From the NCBI GenBank assembly GCA_965603825.1, contig CBFDEM010000014.1, forward strand, positions 620,001 to 684,000: a stretch of DNA of 64,000 nt, in the 5' to 3' direction. Source of the stretch: Blepharisma stoltei ATCC 30299 (taxonomy: Eukaryota > Protista > Ciliophora). The translations under genes and the position numbers were made by a program. This document shows positions 12,679-23,715 of the stretch, piece after piece (position 1 is the first letter of the stretch; the number at the start of each line of letters is the position of its first letter). A model generated the notes under the pieces. It did no database searches. It saw only the letters and a program-made list of their open reading frames with translations, and was not told where the DNA came from.

Positions 12679-13288
12679 TTACATTATAAGTCTTTACAAA
12701 ATAAGCTAAAGATGTATAAATTAATGCTTTAATTCGAACGAGCCAGCTAAGAATTTAATCGAAAGGGCATTTTTAGCAAATAGGTTGGCCTTATTCCTTG
12801 AAAAGCTGTTCCATTTTATTTATATCGAGATAAATTTAGGCATTTTAAAATTAGATTTAGAACTCCCTTTATTTGAAATACTTATAATAAATATGTCTAA
12901 CCTGTTTATTCAATATTGGATTCAAAATTTCAATAAATGAAACTTAAGCAGTATGATCCTATTTAAACTCTGCTTAAAATAAATTGATATAGCTTTTCTG
13001 TTCTTAAGGCTAAGCATTTTAATTGTAAAGCAGGCTAAGATGCTATAATTAACCTAAATTTCTAATGATCTAACCTTCATTTCACAATTTTTTCACTTTG
13101 GCATTTGATTCGAGTTCTGTCATATAATATCTGTAATTTTGAATCTTTTTTAATTTACTCTAGATTTTGCGCCAAATTCAGTTTTATGATTGAGAGTCAT
13201 TACTCTTCGCTTATACCTTGCTAGCTGAGGGCTTTATTTTTTTAATTCTATTGATATCGTTTTTATTATCAGCTTTTCTAGATGCTAG

Positions 13289-13541
13289 TATAAAAGATTT
13301 AAAATCAGCCTATAGTGTAATAGTGTAATACTGGTTTCACGCTAGGAAACAGTCCGACTGACCTTAAATTCATTTCTGGTACTGCTGGCAGATCCTTTTA
13401 AAACTCTCAGCTTTAGGAAGAACCTTAGCTTGGGTTTATCAGTTCAGTGTTACAGCTCTACTTGACTCCAGAAAAACATTGGCACATATACATCCTCGGG
13501 TATATTCTCCCTTAAATTTTTAGAACACCCGAGGGATATAA
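13289..13541. mobile_element. ~248-bp TATAA-bounded IES-like insertion with an internal hairpin
   Basis: Absent from the paralogous segment at 11881-11910. TATAA at both ends; higher GC; imperfect inverted repeat at about 13487-13540. Confidence 0.5.
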
Positions 13542-14536
13542 GCTATATGATGGGTTGATTCACAATAATCTATTATCCTGCCTAAGCAAAAATAGAGTAA
13601 CCTTTGGCAAAGAAACAACACCTCCTCTTCACAAATATCCTTTAACACAAAGGCCTAAAAACGACTCAGGCGCCCGAATCCATCACAATGGTATAGATCA
13701 AATCTGCTCTATAGGGAGTGAGTTAATGCCATCATTTTATTTTTTTATATGCTTAATTTTTCTAAGACTGCTTTCTCAATTACAAAAGTAGAGCAATAAC
13801 TGGAGCTGAAACTTTTAAAGCCTTTTTAACCAAATCTGCACATTCTTATTGACATTAAGCACATTCTAAAAATTTTAATTTATGATCTCGAATTAAAAAT
13901 TCTTTTGCTGAATCCATAAGAAGTAGAAAGCTAAATTTTAGAATTTAGAAATTCATGCCCAGGGCAACCTTATTGCTCACACTTGACCCTTTATTGTTTA
14001 CGAACAGTTCCATATTATCGATATCGAAATAAATCGAGGCTTTATAATTTTATTATTCTTATTGATTTCAGATGGAGAAGTAATTATAGTTAGTAGCTAA
14101 TTATTTTGAAATTCACAATTCTCGAATCTTAAAAAAAATTCAGAAAAATTCTAATATAAGGCTCGAATCGGACAAAAAATTCAGAAATTTCTAATATAAG
14201 GCTTTATCATAGCATTTTAAGAATTAAACTAAATACGCATTTTATGAAAGATATAGCTAATTTTTCCATTTCTGAAAATAATAAAAGGTTCAATAGTAAG
14301 CTAGTTAAATCGCTGCATGTTGCTTTCGAAGCAGCTAAAGCTTCTTTTTTAAGATTTATTAATTGATTTTAAAGAATAATTATAATGTCTAAACATTATA
14401 CTAACATTAATTGTATCGAAGATATTTTTAAAATAATAATATTTAGCTATCTTTAAAGAAAGCTACAATCCTTAATCTCACGTTAAAAAATTAATAAAGT
14501 TTTTAGAAATAGATTCTGTTAAGAATTAAGCTAAGT

Positions 14537-15889
14537 TTAAGTGCCTGCGCCGAATGAGAAGTCAACAGTAATTGGAAGGTCGCTGTCTTTTACGTTTTCA
14601 GTCTTTATAACAGTTATAGACAGTGTCGAAGATGAGTCGATTACCCAATTCGTTATATCGATTATATTGTCATTTTTATCCAGAGCGCTGAAATTGTCCT
14701 TAGTAAGAGCACTTTTCAGAGGATTAGCAAATTCAATAATAATATTTGGATAGCTGAAGCTTATTTGGAATCCCACTGAGTCCAGTCTGCAAGCTCCTGA
14801 ATCTTGAACCACAAAATCAGCACATTGGTAGCACTCTCCATCAATGCAATCGTGACAAGAACTAGCGCAAGCTACATAAATCTTACAGAAGCAGCGTAAA
14901 TTAGAGTCGCTATCAGTTTTCAGGAAATAACCTGCATCGCAATGATTACAAACAGTGTTAGAATCGCATGAAGGACAGTTTTCAAAGCATACTAAATAAA
15001 AATTACAGCAATCAGTGCTTTGAGTTCGGTACGTTTCTGTACAGCCTTGACATACCCCACTTGCACAACTAGAACAAGCTACTGGGCATTGGCAATCACT
15101 GCTGCTTAAGCATCCATATTTAGGGTGGCAATCACTAGTGCAGCTTGCTGAGCAAGCTGTTGTTGATATCGCTATGTAATTAGTTCCTGCATCATCCGCC
15201 AATGTAATTGCATATGGAATCACACTTCCACTAAATGAAGCACTTTTACAAACAATTACCTCATAAATAAATCCAGTAAATGATCCAAGATTGATGATGG
15301 TTGGCATCACATATACTGGATTTGAGCCTTTCTTGTTAAAAATCTGAGTTTTTAAGTAAATGTCCCATGTAATATCTCCTGCTGCGCCAGTCCAATAAAA
15401 TGTAATGAAAACCCATTGATCTGAATAAAAATTACTGAGAACGTCGGATATAGTCATGTCATCATCATTGTTTTGGTTGGAATTGTCATCTTGAAAGAAA
15501 GCATAATAACTTCCAGTATCAGATCTCACTGAAAAATCTTTTCCATAGCTATTCATGTCATGGATAAAACTAAAAGGGTATTTATCACTACTTGTATCAT
15601 CAGATTGAAAAAACCAAATGCCTATCGCAACTTCACTTAAAGACAAAGTTGAGAAGTCTCCAAGTAATTCTAACGATGACATATCAGTGGATCCACAGGA
15701 AGCCGAGATAGGATTGCTGTTCTTCTCATACAAGACAAGATTTCCACCTAGTGAATCCTTAATTTTAGTATTATCCCCTGAATTTACCCCATTAGTATTC
15801 AAGATCCATCGAATATAAGGAGTAAATACCTTGCCTGATGAAATGCTAAAAAGGACAGCAAGGACAATTGAGAGCTTTATCAAGACCAT
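14537..15889 (-). CDS. Secreted LamG-like/furin-like Cys-rich protein, copy C
   Basis: Intact 450-aa ORF paralogous to copy B; includes three in-frame 15-nt introns (435 aa if spliced). Confidence 0.85.
   Translation of the reverse strand: MVLIKLSIVLAVLFSISSGKVFTPYIRWILNTNGVNSGDNTKIKDSLGGNLVLYEKNSNPISASCGSTDMSSLELLGDFSTLSLSEVAIGIWFFQSDDTSSDKYPFSFIHDMNSYGKDFSVRSDTGSYYAFFQDDNSNQNNDDDMTISDVLSNFYSDQWVFITFYWTGAAGDITWDIYLKTQIFNKKGSNPVYVMPTIINLGSFTGFIYEVIVCKSASFSGSVIPYAITLADDAGTNYIAISTTACSASCTSDCHPKYGCLSSSDCQCPVACSSCASGVCQGCTETYRTQSTDCCNFYLVCFENCPSCDSNTVCNHCDAGYFLKTDSDSNLRCFCKIYVACASSCHDCIDGECYQCADFVVQDSGACRLDSVGFQISFSYPNIIIEFANPLKSALTKDNFSALDKNDNIIDITNWVIDSSSTLSITVIKTENVKDSDLPITVDFSFGAGT
14872..14886 (-). 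other. 15-nt spliceosomal intron
   Basis: GTAAGATTTATGTAG at the position equivalent to copy B intron 3. Confidence 0.8.
14992..15006 (-). other. 15-nt spliceosomal intron
   Basis: GTAATTTTTATTTAG at the position equivalent to copy B intron 2. Confidence 0.8.
15421..15435 (-). other. 15-nt spliceosomal intron
   Basis: GTAATTTTTATTCAG at the position equivalent to copy B intron 1. Confidence 0.8.
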
Positions 15890-16419
15890 TTATATTATAT
15901 GCCTATAAACAATATTAAAAAAATCGATAAATTTATGCTTAATTTAAAGCTAGCTAAATTTTTAAAAGAAGAGAAATAGGCTAAAGCTTATATTTCCAAT
16001 AAATATTTAAGCTTGATTAAGAAAGCCATTTAAATTATTTTGCTAAAATTTGATGACCGTTTTTCTAAAAATGCAAGTTGAATGTCCCTAGTTCTTAGGA
16101 TTCTATGTATTGATCTTACTTTTTAAATACAAAAGTCGATTAATCACTAGCGTTAAGCCTTTATAACCTGTTTAATTAAATCCTGCATATATTCTTATCT
16201 GAATCTTAATCAGCTTCTCGTAACTTTTGGCTGTTGTATTCTATTCTTTTGCTCAATCTATCGTTAATTTTTTAGAAATTAGCGCCCAGAGCAATTTTAT
16301 TAGCACAAACTTGATCTTTTATTTATAGCGAATAATTCCATTTTATCGATATCGAAATAAATTTAGGAGTTACAGTTTGCATTTTTATGATTTCAATAGA
16401 TAACAATTTTAAAATTTGA

Positions 16420-16635
16420 GTCCATCAAGCCGACTATCACAAAGTCCTGGGCCATGAAAAAAGAAATTGGCGTCTGATATTCAGCAGCAGTGAGCTTATA
16501 AGCTGCCTAGCAAATTTTAAATTTAGTTGAATGTTTCAAGTCATTTGCTGTAGTGACCCATCTAATATAAAGAACAAATACCTTGCCTGATGAAATGCTA
16601 GCAAGGACAAAAAATAAGAACTTTATTATCATCAT
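16420..16635 (-). pseudogene. Second 5' remnant of the LamG/Cys-rich family
   Basis: AAATACCTTGCCTGATGAAATGCTA is shared with the 5' end of copy C (about 15825-15850); also paralogous to 12430-12678. Confidence 0.55.
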
Positions 16636-17351
16636 TTACAATATAAGCTTTTAAAAACAAGGGAAAATGTGTATAAATTTATGCTTCAAATCGAGTTAGC
16701 CAGATTTTAAAGAAGAAATTATTTATAAAGCTTATCTTTCCACCAATATTTAAGATTGACTACAAAGGCTGTTTTTCTTTGGGCTATTATTTCAATAAGC
16801 GTATTTCTAAGAGCAATTTGAACATTCCTAATTCTAGATGTTTAGAACTATTTGTGATTACTTTTTAATTGCAAAATTTGAATGATAGCTAAAGCCTAAT
16901 ATTTTAAATGACTGCTTATTAAATCCTTATATTCTTATCTTAAACTTAATTAGTTTCTCAAAGCTCTTGGATATTGTATGGAATTGAAAATTCTTTTGCT
17001 TATTCTATCTTATCATGCACAAGACTTGAATTTTCAAGTGTTCAATAAATACGTATTTTATGTTGAATCTAAATCTCTTATAAAATTTTTTAGATGATTC
17101 AGCTGAAGAAAAAATGTGATAAAAGGAAGCATCATAAATAGAATATTTAGAACAAAGTTATTTATAAACGGATAAACGGTATTAGCTATTTGTGCATGAA
17201 TTGGAAAATAGCAATAGTCTATTAAATTTCAAATTTAAGGAGACGCAAAAACAATCATAAGAGAGATTTAAAAAGAATAATTAATTTATTCTTATTCTGT
17301 AGTTGGGGCTTTTCTTCTTGATTTTTGAATAATGAGAATGCTTTTTGAAAA

Positions 17352-17795
17352 TTAGAAGGAGTGCCTAATCCTAGCAGGCATTGGATAGCGGCCAGGATAT
17401 AAAAGATCAAGCAAACCCGCTGACAATATTGCCCGTTTTAGAGCTGATTTCCTTGTCCTTGATTTTTTAGCTTTTTTTGCAGCTTTTGAAGAATTTGTTA
17501 AAGCTTCAGCTGGCTTTTGAGACTTTCTAGGAGTTTTGGTAGCTGATTTTAGTTCTGGCTTAGGAGATTTTGCAAGTGGATTGGGTGCTATTGCTTTTTT
17601 AGCTGGCGATTTTTGACTTTTGGCAGGGGTGCGAGATCTTGATCGGGCTGTAGGTCTGATTATTTCTTCGGATTTTGAAGGAATTTGAATCTCTTCTACT
17701 GGCTGAGAAGCATCCTTTTTAGAGTACGTGCGGTCACGTCTTGTGGTTGCAGATTTTCCTTTGGCACTGTTTGTCGAAATTTGATATATCTCGAT
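17352..17795 (-). pseudogene. ATG-less 147-codon K/S/P/A/R-rich basic ORF
   Basis: Translates ...RSRSRTPAKSQKSPAKKAIAPNPLAKSPKPELKSATKTPRKSQK...; no in-frame 5' ATG; a hydrophobic segment (VCLIFYILAAIQCLLGLG) follows in another frame. Confidence 0.5.
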
Positions 17796-18338
17796 TGAAT
17801 TAATTTAAATTAAATATTAATTTTAAGGAAAATTATAGCCTATAGCTTCCGATTTTTCCATGAGGAGCTTGCTCTATGAAATCCATAGCGATTTATAATT
17901 TGCTATTTAGATGTCCGATAAAGAATAACTGAATTTTTCTCCATTAAATAAAGCTGCAGGAGCTCTTTATAAGGTAGCAGAATGATTTAAGATGATTTTC
18001 TATTTTATGATTTAAAAACAATGTGACTTAAGAATTTTTTTCAAGCTAAAAATTTTGGATAAGAAAGGTATTGAATATTTTAAGATGAGAAAATCATTAA
18101 AGAAATATCAAAATTTTAAGATTTTATAAATCTTTAAATTTGTCAAAATAACCCATAAAACCAGAAAACCAGTAGCAATTATATTAGTTGAAGTGATGAA
18201 TATACAATATATAAACGCTTAAAGAGATCTTTATATGAGATTTAACAATTTATTAAGAATTGCAAAATAAGCCTTATAAATAGCTAAATAAGAATTTCTA
18301 TTAATTGAATTATCTATATCTTCATAATTATAGACCTT

Positions 18339-19529
18339 TTATGCTCGGAACCAACGTGGAGTCAATTGTCTAAACAATTGCAAATTCCCTGCACTTCTTT
18401 CCTCCGGTGTCCAATTAAATAGACTTGGTAATGGATTTCCATTAGGCAGCCTCGTGTTTTCATCCCTCAAAATATCAAAACATGGGTGTGCTAAGCTTTG
18501 TAGTGCTGTAGGCCTTAACTGAGGCGAATAAACCAAAATTCCACTCAAAAAGTCAATGATATCTGGAGGAGTCCCTGCCTTAAAAATCCTGTCCAAAGGC
18601 TGCTGTCTTATTTGAGGAAATCTTCTTTCTATATAATTTGGGTTCATATCATTAATTTGGTTTCTTGTAGGAGTCCCTAGGATTTTTATTACTTCGACAA
18701 GCTGGTCAATACTGCTTTCGCCTGGGAATAAAGGCTGGCCTAATATCAATTCTGCTATAACGGCAGCTCCACTTCAGACATCAATGGCTGTCGTATAATC
18801 AGTGGCACCAAAAATTAGCTCAGGAGCTCTATAATATCTGGAGCAAATATAGCTGACATTAGGCTCACCTTTGACTAATTTTTTGGCTGAGCCAAAATCA
18901 CAAAGTTTGACGATATGGCTATTGGTGTCTACTAATACATTTTGAGGCTTTATGTCGCGGTGGCAAACTCCGGTAGCGTGGAGATAGGCAATGCTTCTCA
19001 TGATTTGATAAGCATACAATTTTACCAATAAAATTGGCATAGGCTGCTTCTGATGAACATAATCTTTAGTAACTCTATATATAGTTTCTGGAATAAAGTC
19101 CATAACTAAGTTTAAAAACATTTCATCAGGCTTCTCGCCTTGCGTGAAGTATGAATGACGAAGAGTTACTATGTTTGGGTGGTGTAAATCTTTCATGATC
19201 TCCAGCTCACGATTTTTATATCTTCTGTCTTGCAAAACCTTTTTAATTGCTACGACTTCTCCAGTTTCTGCTATTGTAGCTTGAGAAACACTAGCAAACG
19301 TGCCTGTTCCGATGACTTTTTCATTATTGAATGTGAAGGTCCCACTACCAGTTTTGTTTTCTTCTAGGCTCATTCGATTAACCGAACTGGCAAGCTCGCC
19401 TACACCTCTCTTTTTCGTAGCTGCTGACGAAATATTCCGTCCAATTGTAGATGCAGATGAAACATTATGTGGATCGCTCTTTCTTGGCTCAGCTCTCTTA
19501 GGTACCCTGTTTGATTTCAATCTCTCCAT
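18339..19529 (-). CDS. GSK3: Glycogen synthase kinase 3 / shaggy-like kinase
   Basis: [52 protein letters not shown]; DV[TGA]S at 18774-18776 is the invariant DVWS. Confidence 0.97.
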
Positions 19530-20685
19530 ATTATAAACTTCTTCAGGTTTTTCAAATTTATGGCTAAATTACTCGGAAATTTTACTACAAAAATACTTAA
19601 AAGCTTCTGTGTAATTTTTATTTTGACTGAGAATTTAAATAAACCTATAAATTATCTATTAAGTATGTGAAAATAATCCTTTTGCTATTTTGTAGGTTAT
19701 TCTTCTCAGATTTCTTTAAGTTTTTTCTTTTTATGCATACTGTAAAGATTTTTCCTAATATGCTTACTTGTTGATAATTCTAAGTTAGAAAAACAGGGAA
19801 AAAAAGACTATTTCATTGAGCGAGGAGAGTTCCGAAATTTTGCAATATTCAAGCTGTTAAAGGATCAATATACATTTTCTGATTTTTTATGGATTTCATT
19901 AAAGAGTCAAGGTATGATGTATGTTGTGAAAATCTTGCTTATAATCTAGTTCATTCCTGATAGTGAAGCGATCTTCTCCTTTTAGACATTAGATTGAGAG
20001 CTTTTAAATTATCGAGTAAATATTAATGTTGTAATTCTAAAGATTTTAATAAATATGTATTGCTCCTTTAGTGTTTATTGTTAAAATGCTTTCTCTTGTA
20101 GGAATTTTTATAAATAATTTTAAAGCAATCTTCGTTTTATTTCATATATATTTTTTAAACATTTTATCATCAATAATTTTATAGCTTTTTTGTCTTCAAT
20201 ATAATATAAAGCTTCTTATTATTGATCGATTCTTTTTTTCTATCAAATAGAAGAAGCTATATCAATATGCATTCTGAAAATTTGCAAAAAATTCAAGAAA
20301 ACTTATTTATTCACGTTTTTTAAGCACACAGCAAATTAATTTTAATATAAATAACTTACAATAAATCAATCATATTTGACTTCTTCTCAACATTATTTTA
20401 TATTTATCCCTTTTATTCCTATTGGCAAAATCAAATTGTAAATGCTATGATCTCATATTTTTCAGGCTCAAATCAGACTGCTAAATTTAATTTATATTTG
20501 AATTAATAATATTTAAAAGATTAAATAACTGACAAGAAATATTTCTAAGATTATAATTTTTAAAGTTTATTCATATTAACATGCAATTTCTATAACCCAA
20601 TTAAAATTTATACAATATTTTCATCTCTAATAATAAAACTCATATTAATACTAAATGTGTTTCTGTTTATTTAATTGTTTCATTA

Positions 20686-21276
20686 CTAATGTCTAAAATT
20701 CGCCCTTCTTCTGCAGCATTGGAAAATAATCTGTCCCAAAAGAGTCCAAGTAGAAGGCTCAGGAATATTTTTTACTTCTGGCTGAGGTTTCTTTTCAAAA
20801 GTTTTCTGAGCAATTTTTTTGGTTTTTTCTTTATAAGCTTTTATCCTACTTTTTAGTTCCACTTGGGCTTCATATATGCTATTATTCTTAGGCTCTATAC
20901 GTCTTGCTTCTTTTAAGTCTCTTGAAGCTTCTTCAAAGTTACTCAGTTCTGTATGGGCTACTCCTCTTCTATAAAGGGCTTTAGGATTTCCTGGATCTAC
21001 ATTTAGCACATCAGAGCAATGAATTATGACGTTTTCATAATTAACCTTCATTTTCAAATAACAAGCTGAAAGGTTTAAAAGGCAAGGGATTTGGATTTCT
21101 TTTACATATCGCATTACATCTTCTTCAGGAATTAATTCATCTTTAAACAGATAATTTATAGCTAATAAAGCCTTCGAATAAGCTTTGCTTGAATTTTCAA
21201 ACTCCCCTGCTTTAAAGAGCCGAGTCCCTTCATCTTTTTCTTTATAAGGAATCATAAGCTTTTCATCGACTTCCAT
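20686..21276 (-). CDS. TPR-domain protein (FKBP/Cyp40-like co-chaperone TPR)
   Basis: KDEGTRLFK, LNLSACYLK, NPKALYRRGVA carboxylate-clamp TPR motifs. Confidence 0.85.
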   Translation of the reverse strand: MEVDEKLMIPYKEKDEGTRLFKAGEFENSSKAYSKALLAINYLFKDELIPEEDVMRYVKEIQIPCLLNLSACYLKMKVNYENVIIHCSDVLNVDPGNPKALYRRGVAHTELSNFEEASRDLKEARRIEPKNNSIYEAQVELKSRIKAYKEKTKKIAQKTFEKKPQPEVKNIPEPSTWTLLGQIIFQCCRRRANFRH

Positions 21277-21363
21277 GATGACAATATATGGAAATCGTCA
21301 TTACTATTGTATTTTAAATAATAATTTTAATAGGATTTTTGAATAAATTGATAGTAAACATAA

Positions 21364-23586
21364 TTAAAAATACTCCCTTCGTTTTTGGCTTGTATCAATA
21401 GCATCTATTGTTGTCGGTCTTACCATGACCTCTTGTTGGTCTTCATAATAATCAAAAATTTCGTTCATCGGATACCTCATTCTCATTTTATACCGAAAAC
21501 CTCCAATAACGACTTTTTCGTCAAATCTGCTAAACAGCACACAGGCTGACTCTATGACCCTTGTAAGGTTTTCAGCCCTTGACACCTCAATCAGTACTTT
21601 TAATGGAATTTTGCTTTTCCCAATCGTCACATATCGGTCACCCACCGTCAAATGTGCCTCAACTATGACAAAATCCGCTTGTAAATATTTTAAAAATAAA
21701 TTATCCACAGATACCTTAAAACTTATATGGACCTCAAATTTCGGCCTAAGCCCTTCACATATAGAAGTAAGCTGACTTTCATGATTATAAAAATCCACTG
21801 TCATAAAAGTAAGGAATTCCGGCAAATTTTTGATATTTTCTATCACTTTTGGTGGGAGGAGGTTTAAATTGTAATCAGCGTCAATTATCATTAAATCAAA
21901 AATATTTTCGCCTGTGTCGACCTCAGTGCCGCCTTCAATAAAGCCACCTCCTAAGTCTAAATTTTCTATTGACTGGTTGACACTAACAGGTAGTTTTGGT
22001 CCTTGCAATTTAGAAAATTGTTTTAATTTGTTTGCCCGATAATCTGAAAGCTTGCTTAATTCCTCAATTCTTTTTTGTGCAGCCCTCAGCTGGAATTTTA
22101 AGTTTTCATTTTCTGCTTTTATCATGGCTGTTTTTTCTTCTTCAATTTGGGCTTTTAATGTTATTAAGTTTTGGTATTTTTCTAGCTCAGCTGCTAGGTC
22201 GCCTTTTTCGATTTTTAGCCTTTCTATTTCTCGCATAAGCCCAGGCACGTCGCCAGGGACACTTTGAGCCCTTTCTATCATATCTAGCTGTGACCATACA
22301 GGCTGCTGACCTTCTAGCTTCATCATCCCTATAGCTTTCATGAAGGCTTCAGAGTCTTTGTCTTGGACCAGGACTTTTAATTTTTCGTCAAAATCGTCAA
22401 CATATTTTCCTTTTTCTGATAATTTTACGTTTAAAACCAAATTTTCGTCTTTAAGTCTGCTTCTTTCTATGTTGGCTAAATCCAGCTCTTGTTTGGTTCT
22501 GGCTAGCTCGCTTTCAGCTCTGAGGACTCTTTCTTTATAATCATTGACGGTATAAAGCCTTTCCTCGAGCTCTTTTTCAAGGAGGGTAATTTTGGTGCCA
22601 ATTATGACTCGGTCGCCGGATTCTTTTATAAAGGGGGATTGGCATAGTTCTTTTACCCTCATTTCGAGCTGCTTATTTTCAGATACAACTTCTTTAAGTT
22701 TTAATGCAAGATCTTTGCTGCCTTTTGCAGCCATTTCTGCAGCGTTTAGGCGGATAGAAAGCTCGGAGTTTTTGGTTCTTTCGTCTCTGAGGGAGGCTTG
22801 GGATTCTTCAAGCATTTTTTTGGTAAGCTCAAGATAGGTTTTTTGGGATAGAAATTCTTGTTCTAAGGAAGAAAATTTTTGCTCTAAATTTAGTAGCTGT
22901 GTCGCTTTTTCTTTAAAACTGTCAGTGAGATCTGGAGCTAAGCCTCTATCCCCTTTTGATCGAAGCAGCTCAATTTCAGTCTGCTGAAGCTGCTCTTTTA
23001 GTCTTTCAATCAGTCTGTCTCTTTCTTCTAAAGTTTCATCAACTCTTCTATCCTTAGAAATCACTACTGGCTGGGTATTAAATTTTGCTATTGTCGGCGG
23101 CCTATTTTTCTGTCCAACTTGCCGAGGATTTTTGCCTTGAGAAAATTTTTTTTCTTTTAATTTTTGTTTCAACTCCAAATTCTCCTTGGAAATTTTTTCT
23201 TTTTCTTCATTTAAAGCTTGGATTTTTGCTTTAATTTCGCCACCTGCAGAATTTGCTGCCAAATCTCGCTCATATTTTATATCTGCAACAATTCTTGTTA
23301 GCTGCGTAGTTAATTGTTTTACCCTTTCTTCTAATTCATTTTGCTTGTTTTTTAATTCAATATTGGTGTCATATAAATCGTAATATGCTTCAGTTTTTTG
23401 TTTTTCTGTCATCGATTGAAAAGATTTTGTAGGTTTTGCAGGGATTTTTTGGGTTTTTTGCAATCCTGCTGATTCTGGGCGCTTAAGGTCTTTTGATTGT
23501 CTTTCGAGTGGTCTTGATATGCGATTTTTTTCAGGGATATTTAAAGTTTCAATTACTTCAGGGATGTTTTCAGCTGTTTCAGTCAT
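21364..23586 (-). CDS. RPGRIP1L: RPGRIP1L/Fantom-like ciliary transition-zone protein (coiled coil + first C2)
   Basis: Long coiled coil followed by a C2-C2_1-type domain (ENIFDL, TFMTVDFYNHESQ, FLKYLQ, YKMRMRYP). Confidence 0.8.
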   Translation of the reverse strand: MTETAENIPEVIETLNIPEKNRISRPLERQSKDLKRPESAGLQKTQKIPAKPTKSFQSMTEKQKTEAYYDLYDTNIELKNKQNELEERVKQLTTQLTRIVADIKYERDLAANSAGGEIKAKIQALNEEKEKISKENLELKQKLKEKKFSQGKNPRQVGQKNRPPTIAKFNTQPVVISKDRRVDETLEERDRLIERLKEQLQQTEIELLRSKGDRGLAPDLTDSFKEKATQLLNLEQKFSSLEQEFLSQKTYLELTKKMLEESQASLRDERTKNSELSIRLNAAEMAAKGSKDLALKLKEVVSENKQLEMRVKELCQSPFIKESGDRVIIGTKITLLEKELEERLYTVNDYKERVLRAESELARTKQELDLANIERSRLKDENLVLNVKLSEKGKYVDDFDEKLKVLVQDKDSEAFMKAIGMMKLEGQQPVWSQLDMIERAQSVPGDVPGLMREIERLKIEKGDLAAELEKYQNLITLKAQIEEEKTAMIKAENENLKFQLRAAQKRIEELSKLSDYRANKLKQFSKLQGPKLPVSVNQSIENLDLGGGFIEGGTEVDTGENIFDLMIIDADYNLNLLPPKVIENIKNLPEFLTFMTVDFYNHESQLTSICEGLRPKFEVHISFKVSVDNLFLKYLQADFVIVEAHLTVGDRYVTIGKSKIPLKVLIEVSRAENLTRVIESACVLFSRFDEKVVIGGFRYKMRMRYPMNEIFDYYEDQQEVMVRPTTIDAIDTSQKRREYF

Positions 23587-23715
23587 ATTTGAATAATGAA
23601 TTATTTATATTTCCATAAATGGATATTCCTTTATTTTGAAAACCATTATAAATATCGTAATTTTCATTTGAAAACCATATGAGTTATATTAAAATCTTTA
23701 ATTTAAAATTTTTAT

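Larger units (their letters stand above)
5900..17000. repeat. Degenerate tandem segmental duplications around the LamG/Cys-rich array
   Basis: Shared non-coding blocks, approximately 5913-6450 with 8984-9740; 7810-8520 with 11105-11850 and 12740-13280; 11900-12420 with 13545-14080 and 16090-16700. Confidence 0.8.

Noticed and set aside
14131-14203. ~40-bp tandem duplication (AAAATTCAGAAA...CTAATATAAGGCT x2)
   Set aside because: Only two AT-rich units; ordinary slippage, not a CRISPR-like or functional array.
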